A stretch of 64,000 nt of DNA. Source: Bacillota bacterium (GTDB taxonomy: Bacteria > Bacillota > Clostridia > Christensenellales > SZUA-584). The position numbers and the translations under genes were made by a program. The notes below the pieces were generated by a model. It was not told the origin of the DNA. It searched no databases and was given only the letters and a program-made list of their open reading frames with translations. The stretch spans positions 24,849 to 88,848 of the forward strand of contig JAEYPS010000029.1 of the NCBI GenBank assembly GCA_023410475.1, given 5' to 3'. Shown in pieces: positions 13,623-23,021 of the stretch (the stretch's first letter is position 1; the number at the start of each line of letters is the position of its first letter).

Positions 13623-14554
13623 TTCGCGGCACCTCCGAATACCCTCGGCATGAACTTCCTGTCGAGCAGCGGCACTACAAGGTTCATGAGAAGTATAGAG
13701 TACGAAACGCCCTCGGGATATCCTCCCCATAACCGTATGACCCCGGTCAGCACACCGCATCCCGCGGCGAATATGACCTTGCCGCGGTTCGTCATAGGCG
13801 ACGTCGTGTAGTCGGTCGCCATATAGAACGCTCCGAGTATGAGCCCTCCCGCGAGCACGTGGTAGAGCGCGTCACCGGTAAAGAGGCCGTCTCTGCCGGC
13901 AGCCCATGCGAACAGCGCTACCGTGCCTATGTAAACTATGGGTATGCGCCAGTTTATGACCTTTCTTATAAGAAGGTACGCCGCTCCCGCGAGCAGCGCG
14001 GCCGCGCTCGTCTCGCCTATGCAGCCTCCCACTCTTCCTATGAACATGTCCATATACGTAGCGCCGTAAACGCCTGTTTGCTTGAGAGCGTCAAGAGGTG
14101 TGGCCGATGTGACGGCGTCTGCGGGCAGCGACCATGTCGTCATTATCGACGTCCATGATATTACGAGGAACGCTCTCGCGGCGAGCGCCGGATTCAAAAA
14201 GTTGTGCCCGAGTCCGCCGAATGCTATCTTTACTATCGCTATCGCGAACACCGCGCCTATGACGGGTATCCACCACGGAACGGCGGGCGGCAGATTGAGC
14301 GCCAGCAGCAGACCGGTTACCGCGGCGCTTCCGTCAAACGCGGTTATTTGTCTCTTCATCAATAACTGCAGCAGCGCCTCTGTGGCCATTGCGGCTGTTA
14401 CGCATAAAAGAACTGTATAAAGCGCGTTTGTTCCAAAGAAATAAATACCGAACGCAGTAGCGGGCAGCAGCGCTATAATAACGTCGAGCATTATTCGCCT
14501 TGTCGACTCGGGGGACCGGACATGAGGCGACGAAGACATTATGAATTTATCCAT
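13619..14554 (-). CDS. rnfD: Rnf complex subunit D
   Basis: 311-aa polytopic membrane protein with NqrB/RnfD-type FMN attachment context VTSATPLDALK. Confidence 0.9.
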   Translation of the reverse strand: MDKFIMSSSPHVRSPESTRRIMLDVIIALLPATAFGIYFFGTNALYTVLLCVTAAMATEALLQLLMKRQITAFDGSAAVTGLLLALNLPPAVPWWIPVIGAVFAIAIVKIAFGGLGHNFLNPALAARAFLVISWTSIMTTWSLPADAVTSATPLDALKQTGVYGATYMDMFIGRVGGCIGETSAAALLAGAAYLLIRKVINWRIPIVYIGTVALFAWAAGRDGLFTGDALYHVLAGGLILGAFYMATDYTTSPMTNRGKVIFAAGCGVLTGVIRLWGGYPEGVSYSILLMNLVVPLLDRKFMPRVFGGAAK

Positions 14555-14583
14555 AAATACCTCCCCACAAAATCAAATAACAA

Positions 14584-15918
14584 TCACTTGGCAGCCTTTT
14601 TGCGTATCTTCAATATCTCGCCCTTGGCAAGCCTGATGCCTTGGGTAACGTGCCTGTTTGCGGGGCAGATATACGCGCAGCCGCCGCATTCCATGCAGTC
14701 GAGCGCGTGCAGCTTCTCTGCGGTATCGAAGTCATTGTTCTCGGCATAAGCGCTAATAAGGCAGGGCATCAGCCCCATCGGGCAGACGTCGACGCATTTG
14801 CCGCAGCGTATGCACGGCGATTCTTCCATAGAACGCGCCATTCCTTTGCCGAGAACGAGTATGCCCGACGTGCCTTTCATAACCGGAGCGTCGAGACTGG
14901 ACTGAGCTATGCCCATCATCGGGCCCCCGGCTATAACCTTTTCCACCTCGCCCGAAAAGCCGCCCGCCTGCTCGATGACGTAAGTCATAGGCGTGCCCAG
15001 CCTAACAAGGAAATTGGATGGGTTCATCACGCTTCCCGTCACCGTGACCACGCGCTCATAGAGCGGCAGCCCCTTCTCAATAGCGAGAGCTATCTGATAT
15101 GCCGTTCCCGCGTTTATGACGACCGCGCCCACGTCCATGGGCAGTTTGCCTGAGGGCACCTGCCGTTTCGTGACCGCGTATATCAGCTGTTTCTCGGCGC
15201 CCTGCGGATATTTGACCTTCAGCGTCGCTACGTTGACCCCGGTGCGCTCAGCCGCTTTTTCTATCGCGGCTATCGCGTCCTTTTTGTTGGCCTCTATTGC
15301 GATAACGGCGTTTTTAACGTCCAGCACCTTCATTACTGCTTTGAGCCCTGAGACTACGCCTTCGGGGTTCTCCAGCATTATCCTGTGATCGGCGGTAAGG
15401 TAGGGCTCGCACTCAGCGCCGTTTACTATTACAGTGTCTATATTTTTCTCGGGCGGAGGCGTCAGCTTTACATGCGTCGGGAACGCCGCTCCGCCAAGGC
15501 CCACAAGCCCCGCGTTCTTTATTATGTCTACAATATCTTTAGGCGACAGGCTGTCGACACTGCCTTTGCTTCTTATATCGGGGCTTAATCTGTCCTCATG
15601 GTCATTAGTGATGATAATGGACATTGACGTTGAGCCGAGTATATGAGGCCTGGGCGCTATCTCCTTAACGGTCCCTGATACGCTCGAATACAAAGGAACG
15701 CTGACGAACCCTCCCGCCTCGGCTATCATCTGGCCGAGGTCTACGTTGTCTCCCGGCTGCACTATAGGCTCGGACGGCGCTCCTGTATGCTGCGAGAGAG
15801 GAAGCACGATCTCGTCCGGTATGCCGCATTTCTCAATGGGGCGCCGGTCGGTCAGATACTTTCCGTGATGTATGCGCTTAAGCGGATGTACGCCGCCCTT
15901 GAACGATAACTTGCCCAT
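14584..15918 (-). CDS. rnfC: Rnf complex subunit C (NADH-binding, 2x[4Fe-4S])
   Basis: 444 aa with C-terminal CIRCGKCVDVCP and CMECGGCAYICP. First gene of the operon. Confidence 0.9.
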   Translation of the reverse strand: MGKLSFKGGVHPLKRIHHGKYLTDRRPIEKCGIPDEIVLPLSQHTGAPSEPIVQPGDNVDLGQMIAEAGGFVSVPLYSSVSGTVKEIAPRPHILGSTSMSIIITNDHEDRLSPDIRSKGSVDSLSPKDIVDIIKNAGLVGLGGAAFPTHVKLTPPPEKNIDTVIVNGAECEPYLTADHRIMLENPEGVVSGLKAVMKVLDVKNAVIAIEANKKDAIAAIEKAAERTGVNVATLKVKYPQGAEKQLIYAVTKRQVPSGKLPMDVGAVVINAGTAYQIALAIEKGLPLYERVVTVTGSVMNPSNFLVRLGTPMTYVIEQAGGFSGEVEKVIAGGPMMGIAQSSLDAPVMKGTSGILVLGKGMARSMEESPCIRCGKCVDVCPMGLMPCLISAYAENNDFDTAEKLHALDCMECGGCAYICPANRHVTQGIRLAKGEILKIRKKAAK

Positions 15919-16125
15919 AATCTCTCCTTACCAGTTTGCTGCATGATTTTTATACCCAGTCAGTTATTATATCACTTCGGAAATAAAATTCCACCCGATA
16001 AAGACCGTTTTATGATTTTTATTTTATGGAAAGGGGCATAAATAATAAAGCCTTCTGCATAAAAAAAGCTCATGAAGAACAATAATAAGATAAAAGATTT
16101 ACGATCATAAGCCGAAAAGCAGTTG

Positions 16126-16154
16126 TTTACAAACGCTTATCTCTATGCTATTAT
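16126..16154 (+). promoter_or_regulatory. sigma-A type promoter for rpsO
   Basis: TTTACA-17 nt-TATTAT, about 85 nt upstream of the rpsO ATG. Confidence 0.6.
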
Positions 16155-16239
16155 GATTTTTGAATCTTAACCGTTTACATTGTTTGGCGATTATCCGACG
16201 CTTTACTATGTTTGCCGGGGATATAATCTGGAGGATAGA

Positions 16240-16503
16240 ATGGATAAGGAAACAAAATCGGCGATAATCGAGAAATTTGCCGTCACAACGGGCGACACGG
16301 GCTCTCCCGAGGTGCAGATAGCTCTTCTGACGGAGAGGATAAACCATTTGAACGAACATCTTAAGGTCCACAACAAGGATCACCACTCGCGAAGAGGACT
16401 CTTAAAGATGGTAGGAAAGAGAAGGGGCCTTCTCAACTATTTGAAAAAGAAAGATATCGAAAGGTATAGGGAAGTAATAAAGAGCTTGAACTTAAGAAAA
16501 TAA
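16240..16503 (+). CDS. rpsO: 30S ribosomal protein S15
   Basis: 87 aa, [13 protein letters not shown]...[48 protein letters not shown]. Start after GGAGGA. Confidence 0.95.
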   Translation: MDKETKSAIIEKFAVTTGDTGSPEVQIALLTERINHLNEHLKVHNKDHHSRRGLLKMVGKRRGLLNYLKKKDIERYREVIKSLNLRK

Positions 16504-16625
16504 GGATTTTTGATAGAGCGGGCGACCGCTCTATTATTATCGAACCTCAAAAAACTTTGAGGCATAAAAGGTGCGCGCAAGGGAGCGCGTCATCTGTTAA
16601 GGTAAGGAAGGAAAAATAAAACACA

Positions 16626-18770
16626 ATGGAACACAGAGTATTTGAGATGGATATCGCCGGCAGAACGCTGACGGTAGAGACAGGAAAGTATGCGCAGCAG
16701 GCGGGCGGAAGCTGCATAGTGCGCTGCGGAGACACGGCCGTGCTCGTAACGGCTACGGCGTCAAAGGAGCAAAGAGAAGGAATCGATTTTTTCCCGTTAA
16801 GCATCGAGTTTGAGGAGAAGATGTATTCCGTGGGGAAGATACCCGGAGGATTTATCAAGAGGGAAGGAAGGCCGTCTGAGAAAGCGGTATTGACCTCGAG
16901 GCTTATAGACAGGCCGCTCAGGCCGCTGTTCCCCAAAGGCTATTACAACGACGTGCAGGTAATATGCACAGTGATGAGCGTTGACACCGAACTGCCTCCC
17001 GCGGTTTACGGAATGATAGGCTCATCGATAGCGCTGAGCATATCGGATATACCGTTCCTTGGGCCCACGGCTTCGGTGGTCATAGGCATGGTAGACGGAG
17101 AATATGTCGCAAACCCGGACACCGCGCAGCGTGAGAAAAGCGTGCTTGACCTTACGGTCTCGGGCACGAAGGACGCCGTGATGATGGTGGAAGCTGGCGC
17201 AAACGAGATTTCCGAAAGCGAGATGCTGGGAGCGATACTGTTCGCTCATGAAGAGATAAAGAAGATCATCTCGTTTATAGAGGACATCGTAAAGGAAGTC
17301 GGCAAACCTAAGGCCGAGTTTACGCCATACGTGATAGACCCCGAGCTTGAGGCCAAAGTGCGCGAATACGCAGCCGATAAGGTAAGATGGAGCGTAGACA
17401 CCACAGAGCGTGGAGTCAGAGATGAGCGCAACGAGGAAGTAAAGGCTGACGTGATCGCGCATTTCGCGGAAGAGTACCCGGAAAGCAAAGGCGATATAGG
17501 AAGCATATTGTACGATCTTAAAAAAGAGATCGTGCGCGACAAGATAATCAACCACGAGATACGCCCGGACGGCAGAAAGTTTACCGAGATACGCCCGATA
17601 TGGTGCGAGGTGGGAGTGTTCGCGAGAACGCACGGCAGCGCCGTGTTCACGCGAGGTGAGACGCAGGCGTTGACGCTGACGACTCTGGGCGCGATTAGCG
17701 ACATGCAGAGAATTGAAGGGCTTTCGGACGATTCGTTCAAGCGTTATATGCACCATTACAATATGCCTCCGTATTCGACAGGCGAAGCAAAGTTTTTGCG
17801 CTCTGCCAGCAGGAGGGAGATAGGACACGGGGCTCTCGCGGAGAGGGCGCTCATGCCGGTATTGCCCAGCGAACTCGATTTTCCGTACGCGATAAGGACG
17901 GTGTCAGAGTGCATCAGTTCTAACGGCTCTACCTCTATGGCAAGCGTATGCGCGAGCTCGCTGTCGCTGATGGACGCGGGCGTGCCGCTTAGCGCACCGG
18001 TCGCGGGCGCGGCAATGGGGCTCATTAAAGACGAAAGCACCGGCAACATAGCGATACTGACGGACATACAGGGGCTTGAGGACTTCCTCGGCGACATGGA
18101 CTTCAAGGTTGCGGGAACATCGAAGGGCATAACCGCGATACAGATGGATATAAAGATAAAGGGCATCGACGAGCAGGTTTTGACGAGGGCGCTCGCGCAG
18201 GCAAATGAAGCGAGGATGTTCATACTTGACAAGATGAACGCCGTGCTTGAGGCGCCAAGAGACGACCTGTCGAAGTACGCACCGAGAATAATGCAGTTTA
18301 CCATTGACCCTGAGAAAATAAGAGAGGTCATAGGCTCGGGCGGCAAAGTTATCAACAAGATAATAGCCGACACGGGCGTCAAGATAGACCTTGAGGACGA
18401 CGGCAGGGTGTTTATAACGTCACCCGACAAGGAAGCTTCGGAAAAGGCGAAAGCCGCTATCGACGCCATTGTCAAGGACGTCGAGGTTGGCAACGTGTAC
18501 CTCGGCAAGGTGGTTCGCATAATGAACTTCGGAGCGTTCGTTGAACTCGCGCCCGGAAAAGACGGGCTCGTGCACATATCTAAGCTCGCGAACGAGCACG
18601 TTAAAAGGGTCGAAGACGTTGTCAACATCGGCGACGAGATACTCGTGCGCGTCACGGAGATAGACAAGCAGGGCAGGGTGAACCTTACGAGAAAAGGGCT
18701 GCTGCCCGGCGATAAGAAGAAGGACGAGGGCGCTCCTAAAGATGAAACGCCTGATGAGCCAAAAGAGTAA
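16626..18770 (+). CDS. pnp: polyribonucleotide nucleotidyltransferase (PNPase)
   Basis: 714 aa with two RNase PH-like halves, then KH and S1 domains ([28 protein letters not shown]). Conserved rpsO-pnp synteny, with hairpins in the leader. Confidence 0.95.
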   Translation: MEHRVFEMDIAGRTLTVETGKYAQQAGGSCIVRCGDTAVLVTATASKEQREGIDFFPLSIEFEEKMYSVGKIPGGFIKREGRPSEKAVLTSRLIDRPLRPLFPKGYYNDVQVICTVMSVDTELPPAVYGMIGSSIALSISDIPFLGPTASVVIGMVDGEYVANPDTAQREKSVLDLTVSGTKDAVMMVEAGANEISESEMLGAILFAHEEIKKIISFIEDIVKEVGKPKAEFTPYVIDPELEAKVREYAADKVRWSVDTTERGVRDERNEEVKADVIAHFAEEYPESKGDIGSILYDLKKEIVRDKIINHEIRPDGRKFTEIRPIWCEVGVFARTHGSAVFTRGETQALTLTTLGAISDMQRIEGLSDDSFKRYMHHYNMPPYSTGEAKFLRSASRREIGHGALAERALMPVLPSELDFPYAIRTVSECISSNGSTSMASVCASSLSLMDAGVPLSAPVAGAAMGLIKDESTGNIAILTDIQGLEDFLGDMDFKVAGTSKGITAIQMDIKIKGIDEQVLTRALAQANEARMFILDKMNAVLEAPRDDLSKYAPRIMQFTIDPEKIREVIGSGGKVINKIIADTGVKIDLEDDGRVFITSPDKEASEKAKAAIDAIVKDVEVGNVYLGKVVRIMNFGAFVELAPGKDGLVHISKLANEHVKRVEDVVNIGDEILVRVTEIDKQGRVNLTRKGLLPGDKKKDEGAPKDETPDEPKE

Positions 18771-18782
18771 TCACAAGCTGAA

Positions 18783-18807
18783 GAACGCCTGAGGGCGTTC
18801 TTTTTTT
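18783..18807 (+). terminator. rho-independent terminator after pnp
   Basis: GAACGCC-TGAG-GGCGTTC followed by TTTTTTT. Confidence 0.8.
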
Positions 18808-19729
18808 ACGCAGCGGTATCATTTTTACGCACCTTGTCAAACCATAAAATGAGGTTACCCGATATATCGTATTTGCAGATATAAATATCTTTACCCAAGA
18901 GAAATATGTAATAGGGGATCTTTTCGCACTGTTCGTCGTACAGACTGTATCTATAGCGTGCTAAATACTTATAGAATACCTCTTTTAGCGTTGATTCAGT
19001 GGCATAGCAATTTTCTATTAAATCTTCGTCCAGCAGTTCGCATTTATAGCTTATGTTTATATACGCTTCTTTGCTTTCGCCTTGGGTTATGGTGAAGGCA
19101 TCATCTTTGATTATATATTTTGTTCCAGATCTGTCTTCTAGCGCAGAGGAAGAGATAGCAGCGAAAACAACTTCTGAGAGTTCATATTCACCGACAACGG
19201 CTTCCGTTTGATTAAAATAAAAAAGAAGTATTTCTATGCTTCCGCTTTGGACTACGTATTTTTGATACGTTTCTTTTGAAGACTGTGAATCAGCTTCGGA
19301 TAAGGTCAGCTTATTCGCAAAATTTTTGAGTTCGTGTAAAGCGTCTTGTCTTATGGTCAATTCCTGCAATCCGTTAAAATCGCAGATGGCATCAAACGCC
19401 TCTTCCTTAGTATCCCGTACAAACATATCGACCAACAGCGGATAATTCATTACGGTTTCGACCAACGCCTTTGTCGTCATACTCTTTAAAATCGATTGGG
19501 GAATCTGACAAGCTTCCGCTTTTTCCATTCGGGATCTGAATCCTGCCCATGTTGCGGTACCGGGCACTACAGGGTACTGATATGCTTCGGTTATCGTATA
19601 TTTGTCGTTCCCCGTATCTTTTGCAGAGGCAGTTCCAATGGATTCTATAGTATTCTCACAGCCGCTTAGTAAAGCTATAAATATTAGAATCAATGTATAA
19701 CATATTATCTGACTGAAATGCTTCCTCAT
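18806..19729 (-). CDS. hypothetical lipoprotein (paralogue A)
   Basis: Signal peptide with lipobox LLSGC. Start at MRKHF, 5 nt after GGAGG. The C-terminal ~90 aa is homologous to the upstream neighbour. AT-rich relative to pnp. Confidence 0.7.
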   Translation of the reverse strand: MRKHFSQIICYTLILIFIALLSGCENTIESIGTASAKDTGNDKYTITEAYQYPVVPGTATWAGFRSRMEKAEACQIPQSILKSMTTKALVETVMNYPLLVDMFVRDTKEEAFDAICDFNGLQELTIRQDALHELKNFANKLTLSEADSQSSKETYQKYVVQSGSIEILLFYFNQTEAVVGEYELSEVVFAAISSSALEDRSGTKYIIKDDAFTITQGESKEAYINISYKCELLDEDLIENCYATESTLKEVFYKYLARYRYSLYDEQCEKIPYYIFLLGKDIYICKYDISGNLILWFDKVRKNDTAA

Positions 19730-19757
19730 AAAAACCTCCGATTGCAAACGGGTTTAT

Positions 19758-20234
19758 TTATGCCTTCTTCCGCACCTTGTCAAACCAATGAAAGAGCATA
19801 TCGGATCTGTCGTATCTGCAAATATAAACATCTTCATCGAGCTGGAATATGTGGTAGCGGATCTTTTCACCCTGTTCGTCGTACAGGCTGTACCTGTAGC
19901 GCTCTTTGTACTTATCGAACATTTCCTTCAAGCAATCGTATCTATCTTCAATGATTTTATCGTCCAACACTTCTTTTTTGTAGCTAATATTCGTGTACTT
20001 ATCTTCGTTATCGGCCTGTACTACAGCGAAGGCGCTGGGTTCGATTATATATTCCGTTCCGGCCTTATGCTCGCGCAGATAATCGCGCCCTTCGGGAGAA
20101 AGGTCTGCTATTATAACGTCTTCATATTCGTAAGTACCGACAATAGAATATATAGGATCCGCACAAGCGCTCAGTAATAAAATAAATATAAAAATCATTA
20201 CAGAACAAAATTTATTCGCTGAATACTTTTTCAT
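19758..20234 (-). CDS. hypothetical lipoprotein (paralogue B)
   Basis: Lipobox LLSAC. Start at MKKYSANK after GGAGGT. C-terminus ...RYRYSLYDEQGEKIRYHIFQLDEDVYICRYD...WFDKVRK matches paralogue A. Confidence 0.7.
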   Translation of the reverse strand: MKKYSANKFCSVMIFIFILLLSACADPIYSIVGTYEYEDVIIADLSPEGRDYLREHKAGTEYIIEPSAFAVVQADNEDKYTNISYKKEVLDDKIIEDRYDCLKEMFDKYKERYRYSLYDEQGEKIRYHIFQLDEDVYICRYDRSDMLFHWFDKVRKKA

Positions 20235-20472
20235 AAGGACCTCCAATAAACAATAATTTTGCACTATGTTAATATTAATTAAGGACAATGATTTATAAAA
20301 ACTACTTCCAAAAACTAACAGAGGCATTTTTTATATATGGACAGTCAAGAATTCTATGCTCATATAAACCATACGGTCCCCATTTTGATCTGACACCGAC
20401 GTAAGATCACCTTGGTATTGTATATCGGCTTGCCCATACTTTCATCGGCAATGTATGATAAGTAACAGGTAT

Positions 20473-20501
20473 ATAATACCACATATATATGAAGATGTAA
20501 A
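20473..20501 (-). promoter_or_regulatory. sigma-A type promoter, probably for the lipoprotein pair
   Basis: Minus strand TTTACA-17 nt-TATTAT, about 230 nt upstream of the 20234 start. Confidence 0.55.
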
Positions 20502-20597
20502 CCGGAATAAAATATATTAATAAAGTGCATATAAACCACACGAGAAATAAATTTCAATATGTATAGTTATTAATCGAAACACATGTTTTCTGAGTGT

Positions 20598-20684
20598 AAA
20601 AAAACCGCCGGCAACGCCGGCGGATGGCCAGCCACACCAAAAGGAGGTACCCAAATGGCAACAGCTTAGCACACACAAAATGGT
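20598..20684 (-). ncRNA. candidate small RNA (stand-alone promoter-to-terminator unit)
   Basis: Minus strand: extended -10 TGCTATAAT (20691-20699). About 60 nt of transcript contains GGGUACCUCCUUUUGG. It ends in a perfect 8-bp GC hairpin CCGCCGGC-GUU-GCCGGCGG plus UUUUUUU (20598-20623). No ORF is present. Confidence 0.35.
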
Positions 20685-20868
20685 ATCTGAATTATAGCAC
20701 ATATTTAAACAAAAATGTACATTAAAATGTATAAAAAGTGCTAATAAAATGTTGAAAAAAATCTGATTATGGATTTTTATTAAGTGACTGAACATTATAA
20801 GTGTAGAAACGGGCGGCATCCAGGGCCGCCCGGGTGTAAAGAATGAAACCAAGTAATAACGCGCGGCT

Positions 20869-21129
20869 TTACTGTTTCCACCGTTTCAGCTGCGGATAAG
20901 TCTCGCGCAGCATTTGTCGGGCGTCGCTCTCGCTCATGCCCGTTTCAACCACGAACGGAACGCAGAACTCTATCATCTCGTCCATGCTCATCTGCGATGT
21001 GAACTTTCCCGACTGATAGCAGTATGAGCAGTAGTCTTCGCTCTTGCTGCCGTCCTCGTTCGTTCCGTACATTCCGCCTCCGCCCATGGGCATTCCGCAG
21101 CTCTGGCAGTATTTTTCGCTGTTTTCCAT
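20869..21129 (-). CDS. zinc-ribbon domain protein (Zn_ribbon_2-like)
   Basis: 86 aa with CQSCGMPM...CSYCY cysteine pairs. AAGGAG 6 nt upstream. GC hairpin terminator at about 20810-20835. Confidence 0.7.
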   Translation of the reverse strand: MENSEKYCQSCGMPMGGGGMYGTNEDGSKSEDYCSYCYQSGKFTSQMSMDEMIEFCVPFVVETGMSESDARQMLRETYPQLKRWKQ

Positions 21130-21173
21130 ACCTATCTCCTTAAAATGCTTTGATTGTACGATTGTACAACACT

Positions 21174-21199
21174 GAACATGACATCAGCATGTCACGTTC
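21174..21199. promoter_or_regulatory. 11-bp imperfect inverted repeat (candidate operator or 5'-UTR hairpin)
   Basis: GAACATGACAT-CAGC-ATGTCACGTTC with one mismatch, preceded by the tandem 8-mer GATTGTAC GATTGTAC (21152-21167). It lies just upstream of the zinc-ribbon gene. Confidence 0.3.
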
Positions 21200-21382
21200 A
21201 AATAAAGCTATTAAAACTATTTAATCGGATTTGATCTGAATAAACTTATATAGCAACACCATAATAAACACAAATCAGGCGAACGGTCGTATCGGCTACC
21301 ATATTTAGCTCTTTAAGCATATTTGAATCAATTCAAAAATACAAATTATTATATCTATTTAAGTTAATCAGGCGGTGTTAGT

Positions 21383-22156
21383 ATGCGCATATTCGTTGTA
21401 AAGAAAAACACCTTGATAAGGGCTGCAGTATTTGTACTGCTCGTGATAGGAGCCATAGTTTACACGCAGGTGGCGTTCAGTGACGCCGCGCCCGTCTCGA
21501 GCACGGCAGAAAACATGCCGATTTGCCGCGTGGCCTCAAACGAAAAGGCAGTAGCCATAACTGTAGACACGGCGTTTGGCGACGCCGATTACACACAGCA
21601 GATACTTGAGTCTTTGCGCGGTGAGAATGTACGGGTTACGTTTTTTGTAATGGGGCTGTGGGCAAACGACAATCAGGAGATGACGGGCAAGATAGCCGAG
21701 GCGGGACATGAGATAGCAAACCACTCGATGAATCACACAAGGTATCCCGATCTTATGACAAGCGAGATAACGGGCGACGCCAACGACGCCTCGGATATCA
21801 TATTCCAGCTTACGGGCTACGACACCAAGGTGATAAGGCCGCCATACGGCGCGTTTGACACGGAGACCATAGCGGCGCTGCAAAGAGAGGGCTACATACC
21901 CGTAAAGTGGAGCCTCGACGCAAAGGACTGGAAAGGGCTTGACGCAAAAAAGATAACCGACGAAGTGCTCTCAAAGGTCAAGAGCGGAGACATAATTATG
22001 TTTCAGAACAACGTCGCCGCTACGCCTGAGGCGCTTCCCGCAATAATTCTCGGACTGCGCGAAGAAGGGTTTAAGATAGTTACCGTGTCGGATCTGCTGC
22101 TCGAAGAGAACAGCTTCGTAGACTCGCAGGGCACGCAGAGATATTTTCAGGATTGA
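21383..22156 (+). CDS. polysaccharide deacetylase (NodB homology domain; PdaA/PdaB-like)
   Basis: N-terminal TM anchor and NodB-type motifs (ITVDTAFGD, HEIANHSMNHT, RPPYGAF). Confidence 0.8.
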   Translation: MRIFVVKKNTLIRAAVFVLLVIGAIVYTQVAFSDAAPVSSTAENMPICRVASNEKAVAITVDTAFGDADYTQQILESLRGENVRVTFFVMGLWANDNQEMTGKIAEAGHEIANHSMNHTRYPDLMTSEITGDANDASDIIFQLTGYDTKVIRPPYGAFDTETIAALQREGYIPVKWSLDAKDWKGLDAKKITDEVLSKVKSGDIIMFQNNVAATPEALPAIILGLREEGFKIVTVSDLLLEENSFVDSQGTQRYFQD

Positions 22157-22284
22157 TTTACCGGAAAACCTCTTTTTATGAAAAGCCACGGCCCGCAGAC
22201 CTTCGCTTGCGCGCGCTTGGACGCTGGGGCTGACTATGTGAACAAGGCTCTGAAAGAGGTTTTGGGTTGCGATGAGGGTAAGAT

Positions 22285-22884
22285 ATGAATGAATCGGCTA
22301 ACAGCGTCAGCATTGCCGGAAAGCTAAACGGGCTAATGCTGTCGCATAAGATATTCGGGGAAGCCTTTTATACATTTTTCCTTGAATGCGAGAGGCTCAG
22401 CGAGAAGGCGGATATACTCCCAGTTACCGTATCGGAGAGGCTGCTTATGAAGCATCCTCTTGGCGACGGCTCCGATATCTGCGTCAGGGGACAGCTGCGC
22501 TCGTATAACAAGCTTGTGGACGGAAAGGTAAGGCTTTATCTTACGGTATTCGCACGGGAGATAGAGGATAAAGCGCGCCCGGTAAACGAGATAGAGCTCT
22601 TAGGGTTTGTCTGCAAGCCGCCGGTATACCGCGTGACGCCCTTTGGGCGCGAGATAACCGACATGCTCGTGGCGGTCAACAGGGCTTACAACAAGTCTGA
22701 TTACATTCCCTGTATAGTATGGGGCAGAAACGCGAGGTATGCCGCTGATTTTGAAGTGGGAGACAAGATAAGCGTATTTGGCAGGGTGCAGTCGAGGGAG
22801 TACGAAAAGGTGATGGAAAACGGGGAGAAGTTGACTCGCACCGCTTACGAGGTATCCGTCTCGAGGCTGCAAAAAGAAGAATAG
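22285..22884 (+). CDS. SSB-like protein with two tandem OB folds
   Basis: 199 aa. Residues ~8-100 and ~102-196 are internal repeats with an OB-fold-like pattern (..G.L......G......R.S..D.(L/I)P..V..R......G..I.V.G...S..Y). No acidic C-terminal tail. Confidence 0.55.
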   Translation: MNESANSVSIAGKLNGLMLSHKIFGEAFYTFFLECERLSEKADILPVTVSERLLMKHPLGDGSDICVRGQLRSYNKLVDGKVRLYLTVFAREIEDKARPVNEIELLGFVCKPPVYRVTPFGREITDMLVAVNRAYNKSDYIPCIVWGRNARYAADFEVGDKISVFGRVQSREYEKVMENGEKLTRTAYEVSVSRLQKEE

Positions 22885-23021
22885 ACCTTTTTGTTGACGT
22901 GCTAATGTGATAAAATAACAGAGGCTAAAAGCCGCTGTTATTTTTTTGTACGCAAAGCCTTTGGGGTGACGAGGAGCAGTCTGAGACTGCGCCATATTTG
23001 TGTAATGTAAGGAGCGTTTTG

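Noticed and set aside
10996-15918. Whether the rnf cluster, or the adhE/PFOR pair at 51-6309, hides anything unusual.
   Set aside because: The gene order rnfCDGEAB, the ATGA couplings and the cofactor motifs are all canonical for Clostridia. This is ordinary core energy metabolism.
20655-20669. Plus-strand mini-ORF ATG GCA ACA GCT TAG (MATA), preceded by a perfect AAAGGAGGT SD at 7-nt spacing.
   Set aside because: There is no plus-strand promoter or downstream gene to regulate. The adjacent hairpin has its U-tract on the other strand. The 'SD' is better explained as the complement of the CCUCC motif of the minus-strand sRNA candidate. It cannot be fully excluded without strand-specific expression data.
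20360-20852. ORFs of 65 aa (20360-20557) and 111 aa (20517-20852) in the AT-rich gap.
   Set aside because: Both cross predicted promoters or terminators, have no RBS, and have odd hydrophobic, low-complexity composition. They are probably non-coding.
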